A DNA stretch of 64,000 bases, from assembly GCA_951406725.2 (NCBI GenBank), contig OX597835.1, forward strand, positions 45,198,001 through 45,262,000, given 5' to 3'. Both the position numbers and the translations under genes were made by a program. Below the pieces are notes generated by a model. That model made no database searches. It was given only the letters and a program-made list of their open reading frames with translations, and was not told the DNA's origin. The stretch comes from Octopus vulgaris (taxonomy: Eukaryota). Numbering within the stretch: the stretch's first letter is position 1; every line of letters begins with the position of its first letter. This document shows, one piece after another, positions 1-14,865 of the stretch.

Positions 1-112
1 GCCGTTACCAATCCAGGTTCATAGAAGGACATACTACATTGTCAAACGTGCCCTCGTCTAGAGATTTGGTAATTAATTGATTTAAACAAAACACACAAAT
101 AATGAAATAATA

Positions 113-318
113 TTTTGGAACAAGTCCAGCAATTTTGATGGCGGTTGTAAGTCGCTTACATCGCCCCCAGTGCTCAACTGGTAATTGATTTATCAGCCGC
201 GGAAGGATGAAAGGCAATGTCGACCTAGGTGGAATTTGAACTCAGAACGTCATGACGGACGAAGTGACGCTAAGCATTTTTACTCATCGTGCTATCCATT
301 CTACCAACTGGCTGCCTC
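113..318 (-). mobile_element. tRNA-derived SINE, family A (diverged copy)
   Basis: Reverse complement matches the full-length copy at 20106-20332 (GAGTTCAAATTCC B-box; GCCTTTCATCCTT central domain). Confidence 0.75.
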
Positions 319-1515
319 ATAGAGGAAAATTATTAACGAATGAAACACATCAAAATTAAATGTAAAACTTAGAGCGAAATACTTCAGTCACTTCAAGCAA
401 AACTAAAATGGAATCAATACTATAACACGTCCCGTAATAAGCTTTAGACCTAAGTTTTCAAATGACAGCAAGGACTACAAATTGGTACAAAACATTCAAG
501 GACTCCATCTAAAACACATCGCTCACTCTCTTCGACTGAATTATAATATTTAATAGGATTCGAGGTAAATACGATTGTTTCGCTAGTCGAAAATTGTCAT
601 AGAGTATCCACAATAAGAATAACAAATATATGCTATAAAAACATTATTTAAATATTCTACAAATACCTTTTCGCAAGATGAAAAGGGAAACACAACACGT
701 TTTCTCTGAAGCTATGAAGGCAAAAACTGAAGTTACATTCATATTTGATGAAGACATAATTACATCATTATTAGACGAAAACTGAATATAATTTACGAAT
801 GGGCATTGTAAGGTCTCTGGGTAGGTTAAAGCCTGATCAAGAATGTTGAACGATTAGATTGAATACAGCATTACAGGATGAAAGGCAAACGCAGCGGTGA
901 CTGAGATACGCATGGCCTAAAAGCGGAAAGTGCAGTGGAGTGTTTGTCATGGCGACATTGTAATATAAACGACAAAAGCTTTCTCAGTAGAAACGAATAC
1001 AAAGTCTAAAGTAAAGGAACACAGAAAACTTAATCGAATACGTAAACAAGAACAGCAACTGAAACACTACTGACGCGTTAAAAACATACACATAAGCATA
1101 TTGTACAGAAGTAGCAGCCAATAATGCGAAATATAACAGAAGTCAGAAAACAGAGCTTTCGAGAAGATAACTAGATTCAAACTCTCTGTGTATTTCACAC
1201 AACAAGCAGACGAAGCACTGCAGCAACGCCAGAAGCAGCTGCAACTAGCAAACCTCTCAACAAAGAAGAGCGGATGTAATATATAGAAAGATCAAGCCAA
1301 AAGCTTACAGGAAAATACTGTACAAAACAGAGGCAAACTTTGAAGAACGAAACGATATTTCACTGGTTTGAAGTAATGCCAACAATGGTGACATCAACAA
1401 TGGAGATGGAGATGATATATATAACATGATTATATTGTTTCCGATCTATTCGATGGACTTGTTATATAAATTCATACATAAATACGTGCATTTAATGTAT
1501 ATATATATGTTTATT

Positions 1516-1579
<64 letters not shown>

Positions 1580-1681
1580 GGAGTAAACACATAAATGCGA
1601 AACAAGGTGGAAAAAAGAGTACTCAAATACCAGTGGTAGAGTAATATGCTTTATTTAAAGCAGCAGAAAATTCAACAAATT

Positions 1682-1719
1682 CTGTTACTCTGAGTTTCTC
1701 GTTGCTGTTCATCAGACAG
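1682..1719 (-). ncRNA. minimal type I hammerhead ribozyme motif
   Basis: Minus strand reads CTGT-CTGATGA-ACAGCAACGA-GAAA-CTCAGAG-TA-ACAG. Core intact, stem II weak. Confidence 0.55.
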
Positions 1720-1743
1720 TTTTTGCTATAATTATAGCAAAAA

Positions 1744-1781
1744 CTGTCTGATGAACGGCAACGAGAAACTCAGAGTAACAG
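1744..1781 (+). ncRNA. minimal type I hammerhead ribozyme motif
   Basis: CTGT-CTGATGA-ACGGCAACGA-GAAA-CTCAGAG-TA-ACAG. Stem I CTGT/ACAG, intact core, near-palindromic stem III, GUA cleavage triplet. Confidence 0.65.
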
Positions 1782-2088
1782 ATTTTGTTGAATTTTCTGC
1801 TGCTTTAAATAAAGTATATATATATATATAATATCAACAATTGAGGGTAAAATTAATTAATTAATCAATTTCACCAAGTGTTCAGTATGTAAAAGGACCA
1901 TTTAAGGCGAATTCAAAATTTTACATTATATAATTAGGGCTTAGTAAAATAAATTACTTTGCCACATACTGAACTTAGTAGAAATAGCAGCCAAAAAAAA
2001 ATTTTCTTAGCATTTCTACAACTTAAAGAAAATTTGTATATATATATGTACATATATATGTATATATATTATTATTAATGTATATATT

Positions 2089-2198
<110 letters not shown>

Positions 2199-2502
2199 TG
2201 TATGTATACGAAGTGACTGAACCTATATACGGCAATTTCTAGGCCACTGTTTTGCATCTGGGCAGCTAAACGTTTTCAATTTACAAGGGAAAGTCATGGA
2301 AAGAGTAAATTTTTCCGAAGAATTTTAGAATATGATTTCTATACGATCACTTGCATATATTAATACTATGATGCACACAACAGAAATAGGCGTTAGTTAG
2401 ACACTTACAGGAGATATAATAATATATACCCAAAAGCGCTACAATACATATTCGAAGGTCTAAGACCGTAGAACGAGAATTCATTCAGAGTAATTGAGGA
2501 TA

Positions 2503-2926
2503 TACTCTTTATCCTCTTCTTTTACTCTTTTACTTGTTTCAGTCATTTGACTACGGCCATGCTGGAGCACCGCCTTTAATCGAGCAACTCGACCCCGGGA
2601 CTTATTCTTTTGTAAGACCAGTACTTATTCTATCGGTCTCTTTTGCCAAACCGCTAAGTAACGGGGACGTAAACACACCAGCATTGGTCGTCAAGCAATG
2701 CTAGGGGGACAAACACAGACACACAAACATATACACACACATACATACATACATATATATACATATATACGACGGGCTTCTTTCAGTTTCCGTCTACCAA
2801 ATCCACTCACAAGGCTTTGGTCGGCCCGAGGCTATAGTAGAAGACACTTGCCCAAGGTGCCACGCAGTGGGACTGAACCCGGAACCATGTGGTTGGTAGA
2901 CAAGCTACTTACCACACAGCCACTCC
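2503..2926 (-). mobile_element. tRNA-derived CORE-like SINE, family B, with internal (CA/TA)n
   Basis: Minus strand has a tRNA-like head (GGAGTGGCTGTGTGGTAAG...GGGTTCAGTCCC) then CCTTGGGCAAGTG. Near-identical to 6698-7121 and 42654-43066. Confidence 0.85.
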
Positions 2927-3780
2927 ACTCAGGAGAAGCCTTTAAATATAATATATTTATGACCAGAAAAATTTGAAGCACCATAAATGCTGTCTTTAAT
3001 TTCCGATTATTTGAAATATTATACAATTTCATTTCTTCAACAGAATCTATCTTCTGATCTGCTTCTATGCAGCAGTAATTAGGAAATAACAACACAGAGC
3101 CAAGGAAGGCATCACTATAGTCTCGAGTGTGTATCGTTCCTTTATATGGATCTCTGGAAAGGTTTCATGCAATTTGAATATCATTTGATATTACGCGTGG
3201 CTCTGCACTCTGACTGTACACTAAGAAATTTGCTTCCGAATCAAACGGTTGCGCATTCATAATTACAGCTAGTAATTCGAGCCAGTAGTATTCTACTAGA
3301 GCTTCCGGCCAATCGAACTCTGCAAAGTTTGATTTGGCAGACGGAAATTAAAGAATCCTGTCATATATATATATATATATCTTAGCGGGAAGTTGAGGTT
3401 ATAAGAGATAATGATGGCATTGAGATCCAAATGTGTCAGGTAATGCTGAATAAGTGCTATAGACAGACAATAGTTATGTTCCAGATTCGGTAATGTTGCG
3501 AATAAAGGGTTCAAAGTTGGTTCTATGTCAGTATATGTGTGTATATAAGAATGTTTTGCGTAATAAGATAAAGAAACACAAGAAAATAGAAGCAAGATAT
3601 GTATGGGTATTATAAACTCTATATTCGAATGGACTCATTTTAAACTCTGTTGGACTTTTGGACTTGGATATAGGAATATTGCATACATACCATTATACCA
3701 TTATGACTAAAAAATGGATTTACAACTTAAATACCCATACATACCTTGCATCTATTTTCTTTCCTCCACCTCACACATCT

Positions 3781-4366
3781 TCAAATTCTTTCGCCGCTAT
3801 ATTGTGATCACAAGGGATGCTCATGTCAATTAATAAACAATATCGTTTTTGTCTGATCTTTTATAATAATATCCGGTTTATTAGCTTTTATAGTTTTGTC
3901 GGTATGTACGGGTAAGTCCCATAGAATCGACACATTTTCTCCCTCAGTCACAGCTTCAGGATGATGTTTATACCATTTGTCAGCGGTTTTGATTTTATAA
4001 TGCCGACATATTGCCCAATCTAAATACTGGTCGACTCTGTCATGTCTTGCTTTATATTCTGCAGGTGCTAAGACTCTACACCCTGAGATTAGGTGGTCTA
4101 TAGTTTCAATCTCTTCGTTACAGAATCGGCATTTTGGGTCAGCTCCATTTTTTATCACATTGGCTTGGTAGTTCCGGGTTAATAAGTTTTGGTCTTGAGC
4201 AGCTAATATGAAACCTTCACTCTCTGCTTTTCGCACTGAGCTTCGTAACCATTGGTGCGTGTGTTTTTGGTCGACATCAGCTTTTTTGCTACGAGCCACA
4301 TACTTGCCATGCAGAGGTTTCTGTTCCCATCTGCTAGCTAATATTTCATGTGCTTTTGTCTTTGAA
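3781..4366 (-). mobile_element. RLE-type (R4/Dong-like) non-LTR retrotransposon fragment: CCHC knuckle and start of restriction-like endonuclease
   Basis: ORF 3826-4518 has HGKY, AAQDQ, CRFC..ETIDHLISGC, RHD, ILWD and KPDIII motifs. Abuts (ATT)n. Confidence 0.9.
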
Positions 4367-4367
4367 T

Positions 4368-4401
4368 TATCATTATTATTATTATCACTATTATTATTAT
4401 A

Positions 4402-4493
<92 letters not shown>
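4368..4493. repeat. (ATT)n microsatellite
   Basis: Direct reading. Confidence 0.95.
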
Positions 4494-4494
<1 letters not shown>

Positions 4495-5172
4495 AAAAGG
4501 ATTGACGTAACTCTTCACAAAGGTAAACAGTCAAGACAAAGATCGCAATTCGATTGTAATAGATATTTCACCAGTAAATCTGTCTTTGTCGAGTTCAAAA
4601 TAAAAAGTGGGAGAAATTCAAAATTATAGAAATTTAAATGTAAAGTATATACGAGAGCAACCAGCGTTCACACGTTCACGTAATGAGATAATCAGTCTAA
4701 GTTTTAATTAACAAACGAAAAGAAAAAAACAGAAATAAAAGACAGAGAAAAAAGAGGATAGAAGATAAAGAAAAGGGAAAAGGAGAATATTTAATCAAAC
4801 ATTTTTGTATAAATTTGATGATATTCTCCTGTCATTTTATTCATTCCTCCAGGGCGTGATCTTAATAAACCTCAAACATTTCTCCTCATGCATTCTGAGT
4901 AGTGAAAGTGAAGCAGATTCAGAATATTTTCTGAGAAGATGCACTTTTAAGTCGTATCCGTCTTATTCTTTCCGCCGGTTTTTTTGGAGACTTAAAGACT
5001 GATGATGTCATTCCATCAACGTTTGGACGCTGGTTCCTCTCGTTAATACCGTAAATTGAAATTTATTTAAATTTTTATTTTGAACTGAACAAAGACAGAC
5101 TTACTGTTGAAATATCGTTCAACCAATAAAATATCTATTACAATCGAATCGAGCTCTTCGTCTTGAATACTA

Positions 5173-5550
<378 letters not shown>

Positions 5551-5588
5551 GAGTAAAAAAGTATGTATAAATATGAATATATATATAT

Positions 5589-5666
<78 letters not shown>

Positions 5667-5692
5667 GTATGTGTGAATACACACACACACAT

Positions 5693-6338
5693 TCTTTTAT
5701 TTTTATCAGTCATTGGAATGCGGCCGTACTGCAGTAACGCCTTTAGTCGAATAAATCAATCCCAGGTCTTCTTCTTAGTAATCCTAGTATTTATTCTATC
5801 GGTCTTTTTGCCGAAGCGCCAGGTTACTGGTACGTAAACACACCAACATCCGTTTTCAAGCGATGGTAGGGCGCCAAAAAAGGCACACAAACATATACAT
5901 ATATACATACCGTGCATATATAGGTATATATAAATGGATGAATGAATTATCCTTTGTTTACCGTTAACATGGAAAATTCAATAAACACTTACCAGGGTAG
6001 CAGAATTCACGCGCAAGTAACACGGATGAAGCGACTTATTCAAGGTAGAAACTCCGGGATAATGTGCAGTAATTTGTGTATCATAAGTAAATAAATGGAG
6101 TTGAACGAAGATGTTATTAAAATCTTTTTACTTTCGACATATGTTTCGAAGACAACATGGTATTATTCCAAAGGATTAAGCGGTGTAAAATGCAATCTTC
6201 TGATCAGGAAAGAAAGAGGGCCTATGTCAACAACAAAACATTATAACGAATACGATGACTGCCTAAGTGATAAACGGAACGATATTAAGTATTAAAAAAA
6301 AACCGCTAGTAGATTCGACGTCAAAGTATCTATTAACG

Positions 6339-6410
<72 letters not shown>

Positions 6411-6421
6411 CATATATATAC

Positions 6422-6468
<47 letters not shown>

Positions 6469-6617
6469 CGACTGGCTTCTTTCAGTTTCTGTCTACCAAA
6501 TCCATTCACGAAGCTTGATCGGACCGAGGCTATAGTAAAAGACACGTGCCCAAGATGTCACGCAGTGGGATTGAGTCCGAGACCATGCTGTTTCTAAGCA
6601 AGCTACTTACCACATAG
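5693..6617 (-). mobile_element. SINE family B split by an insertion in its internal microsatellite
   Basis: 3' half at about 5693-5910 and 5' half at about 6466-6617 are collinear with intact family B copies. Unrelated sequence lies at about 5935-6342. Confidence 0.7.
6131..6212 (-). ncRNA. degenerate type I hammerhead ribozyme with long stem II
   Basis: Minus strand: CTTTC-CTGATCA-GAAGA...TCTTC-GAAA-CATATG-TC-GAAAG. All three stems pair, but core G8 is C. Confidence 0.6.
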
Positions 6618-6652
6618 TCTATACACACACACATACACACATATATTTATAT

Positions 6653-6697
<45 letters not shown>

Positions 6698-6700
<3 letters not shown>

Positions 6701-6917
6701 TTTTACTCTTTTACTTGTTTCAGTCGTTTGACTGCAGCCATGCTGGAACACCACCTTTAATCAAGCAACTCGACCCCGGGACTTATTCTTTTATAAGTCC
6801 AGTACTTATTCTATCGGTCTCTTTTGCCGAACCGCTAAGTAACGGGGACATAAACACACCAGCATCGGTTGTCAAGCAATGCTAGGGGACAAGCACAGAT
6901 ACACAAACACACACACG

Positions 6918-6967
<50 letters not shown>

Positions 6968-7119
6968 TACGACGGGCTTCTTTCAGTTTCCGTCTACCAA
7001 ATCCACTCACAAGGCTTTGGTCGGCCTGAGGCTATAGTAGAAGACACTTGCCCAAGGTGCCACGCAGTGGGACTGAACCCGGAACCATGTGGTTGGTAGA
7101 CAAGCTACTTACCACACAG

Positions 7120-7121
<2 letters not shown>
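6698..7121 (-). mobile_element. SINE family B
   Basis: Near-identical to 2503-2926. Confidence 0.85.
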
Positions 7122-7153
<32 letters not shown>

Positions 7154-7294
7154 GATATATATATATTCAGATATATATGTATATGTATATATATATATAC
7201 ATATATATATATATGTGTGTGTGTGTTTGTATGTATGTATAACTCTATATCTATATCTATATCTATATATGTGTGTGTGTGTGTGTATTCATAC

Positions 7295-7325
<31 letters not shown>

Positions 7326-8546
7326 CACGTACACACATCCAAATCACATGGCTTGCGAAGAACTTACATGACAAAAAATGTTCCTATAACATCATAGCAA
7401 AGCTAGAATGCGTTTACAATTAACGTGACTCAATCATTGAATGTGAGTCTTATTACAGACTTTAAAATTTCAACACATTGCATTTAGGAAGCTTGGTCAT
7501 CAATGTTCCTAACTATTTAAGTACCACAATTGACACAAAATGTTCCTCTTACTAGTCTTAAGAAATAATTTATCATAATATCACTTTCATTATACTCAAC
7601 ACGGATGTATCGCAATCGTTTCTCTTTACATATTTTATGACTCACTGTTCTAGCTTTGTTCTTCAAAATTTTTTTTCCGTTGCTCTATTAATTTCAGCGG
7701 AAATTCCTTAACAACATTTTAGAAAAGCTGAATGTTCGTCTATTCAGTGTAGCATATGTATCACTTTGATCTATGTGACTAATTGTGCAAGAGAGTTTTG
7801 GAAATATTAAGTGCAAACTTAGACGGACACAATTTATAATACAGAAGGAAGTGATGAAATGGTGAAGATCAAGTAATAACTTATTGTGGTACTTTAACGT
7901 AGACAGTGTCGTGGCAAGGTTGCACACGCCACCGTGCACACGCCGCCGTGCACACGCACTCACTCACACACACAAATGTGTTTGTATCTGCATTGGTGAG
8001 AGTGTGTATAAACGAGCCGACTTAGATGAATATATATTTATATATATATATTGTTATGTATATCTATAATCGGTGCAAATAATGAGAAAAATATAATGAA
8101 GGGATAGAACTTACAATGTTTTCTGAATGAGGAGAGACAAGCGTTTGTGATTAGAGATATATAACGACCTTTTTGGCAGAGTTGAAATGACGTAGGTATA
8201 TATGTATATATATATATACATACAGGGAGTGAGCAATGGACGAGACAGGTCATCTCGTTAACTTCCTGTAAAAAGAGAAAAGGAAAATCGAACTAGGGAG
8301 AGTTCAGAATACAGCAAGAGCATTGCGTGGATAGTGCAAAATATAAGAGAGAGTTGAATACGGATCGGACCGTTTACCACCTACCTTTGAACAATCGAGG
8401 AGTGGACATGAAATTTTTGGGTATTATACCTTTTGTTGCATAATTTCATCTTTGAATATTAATTCACTGATTCTATAATTTCTGGTGTGGCCTTCAGAAG
8501 TTCACCCCTTTTATACATATGAATTTGCCTGATTGTAACAATATAT

Positions 8547-8625
<79 letters not shown>

Positions 8626-8627
8626 AG

Positions 8628-8673
<46 letters not shown>

Positions 8674-9029
8674 CAACTCACGAATACACTCAACACTCAC
8701 AGGTACACATACCCACACACGTACAAACATACACGCGCGCGCGCGCACACACACACACACTGATTTCTGATACGGCAAACCTGGATGAATCAAATCTGCA
8801 TGTCATCATCATCGCTATCATCTTCATCATCATTATCAATAATAACGGCAACAACAACAATTTCTCTTAATATTGGTCAACACAATATATGCATCCTAAC
8901 AAGCAATATCTAATGTTTCTGGTAGCTTCCCTCAGAATTCACATAATTAAAAACCACATCCACCGCTCCTCAATCCGACAACGGTGTAAAGTAACATTGT
9001 CTTTTATTTATTGAAATATTATTATTATT

Positions 9030-9495
9030 TTTTTCCTTCTTTCTTCAAATTTTCTTCCGTTTCTCGCCGAGTGTTTTCCGTACACCAAGGGCAGAGAAGC
9101 TCATTGTATGCATTCCCAGATTACACGCGCAAATTCACAGGTAAAATATGTATTTAAAATTTAATAAATAAATAAATTCATGAATGGATGTTGTTTCAAC
9201 AGCGATAATGCCCTTCTCAATACATGAGCCGTTCCAGTTAACACGATTTTTTGCACTTCCTGTAGGGATGGTAAGCCTTGTATCATTTTCAAATAAGTTT
9301 CAGTACCTTTTTTTTTATCATTCCTAGAGATCCTACAATCACAGACACTGTAGTCGCCTTCAGATGCCACATTTTTCCATTTTCTATTAGCAAGTTTTTA
9401 TATTTACTGATCTTGTCAAATTCTTTCGCCGCTATATTGTGATCGCAAGGAATATTCATGTCAATTAATAAACACATCTTTTTTGTCTGATCTTA
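9030..9495 (-). mobile_element. RLE-type non-LTR retrotransposon 3' end
   Basis: LLIDMNIP..KISKYKNL..MWHLK..VIVGSLG and QKIVLTGTAHVLRRAL, then a 3' UTR. (TAA)n flanks on the sense strand. Confidence 0.85.
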
Positions 9496-9522
9496 TTATT
9501 ACTATTATTATTATTATTATTA

Positions 9523-9571
<49 letters not shown>

Positions 9572-9588
9572 CATTATTATTATTATTA

Positions 9589-9619
<31 letters not shown>

Positions 9620-9621
9620 CC

Positions 9622-9658
<37 letters not shown>

Positions 9659-9698
9659 CATTATTATTATTATTATTATCATTATTATTATTATTATT

Positions 9699-10254
9699 GA
9701 GTGAGAGGGCAGTTCATGCCATCAAAGTGACACTGGGGTAAAATATACGAAGCCCAATATACCCATCATGACTACCCGTCCGATAAAGGTATACCAGGCA
9801 CATGCATCACAACCATATGTGCGCGACATGGTGATCTCATATCAAGATAAACAGCACATGACCTTGCAGGTGGAGCCCAGTTAGAATTTTTTCAGGTCGA
9901 GTAACCCATCCCGCTCAAAAGGTCCCTGAATAAGGGTTGTTTAAGGACGTTGAACGAAACACCCATGTTTCCAGAGGTGAATTATTCAAACCCCAAAGAA
10001 TCCTCTCAACACATGGCTATGATGCTCCCCCACTACTTCTGCTCGTGATCAGAGATGCACATATCGTCAGCCACTAAGGGACATGCTCAACTGGTTAAGG
10101 TCAAACAACTGACAAGCAAATCTGTGGTATTGAGCAGAATATTTGCTGTAGCCCATCTTTTATACCAAGACAAAACAATGTACATGATAACACTTCCAAT
10201 TAGTTAAGATCAGAAGCCAGGAGAGCCACTGCCTGGTACTGCATCAGGGCATTT
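9699..10254 (-). mobile_element. non-autonomous ~558-bp (TAA)n-inserted element, family C, copy 1
   Basis: Near-identical to the three other copies, same termini, (ATT)n on both sides, no long ORF. Confidence 0.85.
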
Positions 10255-10279
10255 ATTATTATTATTATTATTATTATTA

Positions 10280-10319
<40 letters not shown>

Positions 10320-10364
10320 AATTATTATTATTATTATTATCATCATTATTATTATTATTATCAT

Positions 10365-10732
10365 TGCCTTTCCACAGCTTCTAACGCTGGAGATGTACTA
10401 CGGTGTCAGCTGTTCAGTACCAGTGAACTAAGGTAACATCTCTTATTTTTCAAGCACCTTCCGGAGTATTCGAGCGGTTCCAAGCAGTACTGTTTCCTGC
10501 AAGTGCTCCACCCTTATTGCAGCCCCTATTTTCCCACGTACTTCTCGAGGATTTTGCTCACTGTTCCCAGGGCCGTGACAGTTATTGGTACTACTGCTAC
10601 CTTTTTCATCGACCAAAACTGCTTAACTTCCCAAGCTAACCTTTCATATCTCCCGACTTTGCATTCTTCCTAATCGCATACCTTGTGGGGCATGCTATAT
10701 CTATGATCCAGCATAGTTTGTTTTCTTTCTCA
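10365..10732 (-). mobile_element. RLE-type non-LTR retrotransposon 3' end (second subfamily)
   Basis: Reverse complement aligns to 28130-28505 (IDIACP..QKTVLLGTARILR-type motifs, shared 3' UTR). (ATT)n flanks. Confidence 0.8.
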
Positions 10733-10773
10733 AATTATTATTATTATTATTATCGTTATTATCATTATTATTA

Positions 10774-11483
<710 letters not shown>

Positions 11484-12037
11484 GAGTGAGAGAGCAGTTC
11501 ATGCCATCAAAGTGACACTGGGGTAAAATATACGAAGCCCAATATACCCATCATGACTACCCGTCTGATAAAGGTACACCAGGCACATGCATCACAACCA
11601 TATGTGCGCGACATGGTGATCTCATATCAAGATAAACAGCACATGACCTTGCAGGTGGGGCCCAGTTAGAATTTTCTTCAGGTTGAGTAGCCCATCCCGC
11701 TCAAACGGTCCCTGAATAAGGGTTGTTTAAGGATGTTGAAAGAACCACCCATGTTTCCAGAGGTGAACTATTCAAACCCCAAAGAATCCCTCTCAACACA
11801 TGGCTATGATGCTCCCCCACTACTTCTGCTCGTGATCAGAGATGCACATATCGTCAGCCACTAAGGGACATGCTCAACTGGTTAAGGTCAAACAACTGAC
11901 AAGCAAATCTGTGGTATTGAGCAGAATATTTGCTGTAGCCCATCTTTTATACCAAGACAAAACAATGTACATGATAACACTTCCAATCAGTTAAGATCAG
12001 AAGCCATGAGAGCCACTGCCTGGTACTGCATCAGGGC

Positions 12038-12041
<4 letters not shown>
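11484..12041 (-). mobile_element. family C element, copy 3
   Basis: As copy 1. Confidence 0.85.
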
Positions 12042-12091
<50 letters not shown>

Positions 12092-13299
12092 CATCATTAT
12101 TATTATCATTAAGGCGGCGACCTGGCAGACTGGTCTGTACGACGTGCGAAAACCATAACGGTATTACAAGGCCGAATTTGTGTTTCCTCCTTTCGAGGTC
12201 AATAAAATAAGTATCAGTCAATGTAGTCAAATTTTTCTTCTCTCGAAAGTGCTGGCCTTGTGCTAAAATGGGAAATTATTGTTATTAATTTCTAAATAAA
12301 ATGTTTTTTTTTCTTCGTGACAGCTATTACATCTTTGACTACAGAAATGCGACAGTGTTTAATCAATATATCACATTACCTCCCCGAAGTACACATTACC
12401 TTACCCATTAAACGCAGTTACATTCTTGCCAAAAATCTATAAAAAGCCCCAATAAAATCCTAAAATATAAATCCTTCTTGTCTTTTCGTCTTTTCATCTT
12501 TTATATTTCACAAGGATTCCTATAGAAGTTAGAGCTAGAACTCCGTAGGTGGCAAACTAAGTTATTTCACATTTTTCTCCTTTTATGTAGTATTCATTTT
12601 GTTTCTTCTCTCCCACAATACCCCGTCCTTCCTGCCCCAGTTCTCACCGCAGCATGAAAGCGCATCTTTTAATGCTGACTGAGCCACAAACATGGCTGTT
12701 TCCTTGGCACTTAACATCTTCTGGCAATTTTCCAAATCTATCTTCCTGTTTCTTTTGATTTTCGTTAATGATAATCGATAAAGAAAAATAATAAAAATGT
12801 GGGATTTCTAAAAGAAAATATATTTTAGTAATATTTTTCTTCGTTTTTTTTTTCCCTGCTAATATAAATTAAAAAAATATATATACATATCTCTTTTCTT
12901 AAATATGTCTGTCACGTTTATCTGTCATTTTTTTTATATTTTTGCCATTCCGCAAAAACATATAGTGTTCTTCCATTACAAAACTATGTAGGATATATTT
13001 TCATAAAAGCATTCATTTCTAGACGCGTATGCTTGAGGTTCTCATCACATAATAAGTATTTCATTGCATGACACCACACATTGTTTTAAATATTAAACCT
13101 ATACTGTTGTTCAAAAATGTAGGTCCAGTAGATGAGAGGTTGTAGTTGATAACTAAAAAAAGGAAGAAACAGTCCTATCGCATGTTCAACATTACCATTA
13201 TGGGGTACTTTTTCAAACTGAATTTAAGGAAGCCTCAGTTTTGATATTCTTTGCAGACTACTTTATGCCATATTGTTTAACTCGTTCGATTTTACCCTT

Positions 13300-14110
13300 T
13301 TGAAACGATGTGAGGACAGAGCCATTTGAGATACTGCAGGTTATATGAATTCAAAAGAAGATCTTCTACAATGCAAGCGGCACAGAATATTCGTTCTGTC
13401 TATGTAAATGAAACTTTAATTATCTGGACAAACCAAGAATATTTAACCCGTTCTGCTCATGAAAACATTTCTGTCGTAAATTCTCCTCGATCTAGTGACC
13501 AAATTCTCCGAGTATTGAATTTCTGAAGACCGTAGTTGAGGAAAATTCAAACCAAACTTCAAGGCAGTGAGCGGATCATTTCCTTTCAAGACACACATCG
13601 ATCATAAACCACCTTGAAGAACGATGTGAGGTGTCTACATTTGATCACTAAGTCCATAATTATCTGCCTGCTTGTCAGCTTAATTACAAAGTGTGTCTCT
13701 ATACATCATAGTAGATTAGAGTTAATATCCAATCTTTCCTGGAGAAAATCGCCTCAGATGATGGAAAGTGGGTTCCCGGTAATGATATGCAACGAAAACA
13801 AAAATGATTGATACCCACTGAAAGAGGGGCTTCTATCCTCAGTGTAGTGATGTACCTGGTGAATGTATTCCCTGTGCTTGGTGGAAACTGAGGTGTATCA
13901 TTTGCCATGTAGGGTTAAACAAAAACAAAATATTTAATGCAGTGTGCAAGGAAACAGTGACATTATTTGGAAGCATTACGATAAAATGTGTAGAAAAAGT
14001 TCCTATCGTTGGTGAGACAGAGAAGACTGTTGCTCTTACGAGATAATGCAAGACTACATGTTAGCCAAGTCACGCAGATAAATACTATAACACTAAATAT
14101 GGAAGTTGCA
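13300..14110 (+). pseudogene. highly decayed mariner transposase
   Basis: RYCRLYEFKRRSSTMQAAQNIRSVY..SPRS resembles the mariner HTH N-terminus. FLEKI..DGKWV resembles the TGDEKW motif. Confidence 0.6.
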
Positions 14111-14266
14111 TGCAGTCCTTAATACACCCTCCCACACACATATGTATATATACGACGGGCTCTTTTCGGTTTCCGTCTGCCAAAGCCACTCATGAGGTGC
14201 CACATTGCGGGACTAAAATCCAGACCATGTGGTTTGAAATGAAGCGGCTTTCAACCCCAGCCAAGC

Positions 14267-14865
<599 letters not shown>

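Larger units (their letters stand above)
1577..1819. mobile_element. Penelope-type terminal repeat (pLTR) fragment in inverted arrangement between (TA)n tracts
   Basis: Palindrome 1644-1819 carries hammerhead motifs. The 1577-1648 end recurs at about 21405-21480 (reversed) and 62341-62412, each next to (TA)n. Confidence 0.65.

Noticed and set aside
400-1400. A-rich, purine-skewed stretch suggestive of an old LINE (similar stretches at ~24950-25950 and ~27000-27700)
   Set aside because: Too decayed to assign a family by eye.
7690-7880. Possible mariner C-terminal remnant (also an HTH-like trace at ~30180-30300)
   Set aside because: Only faint motif resemblance, with no TIRs identified.
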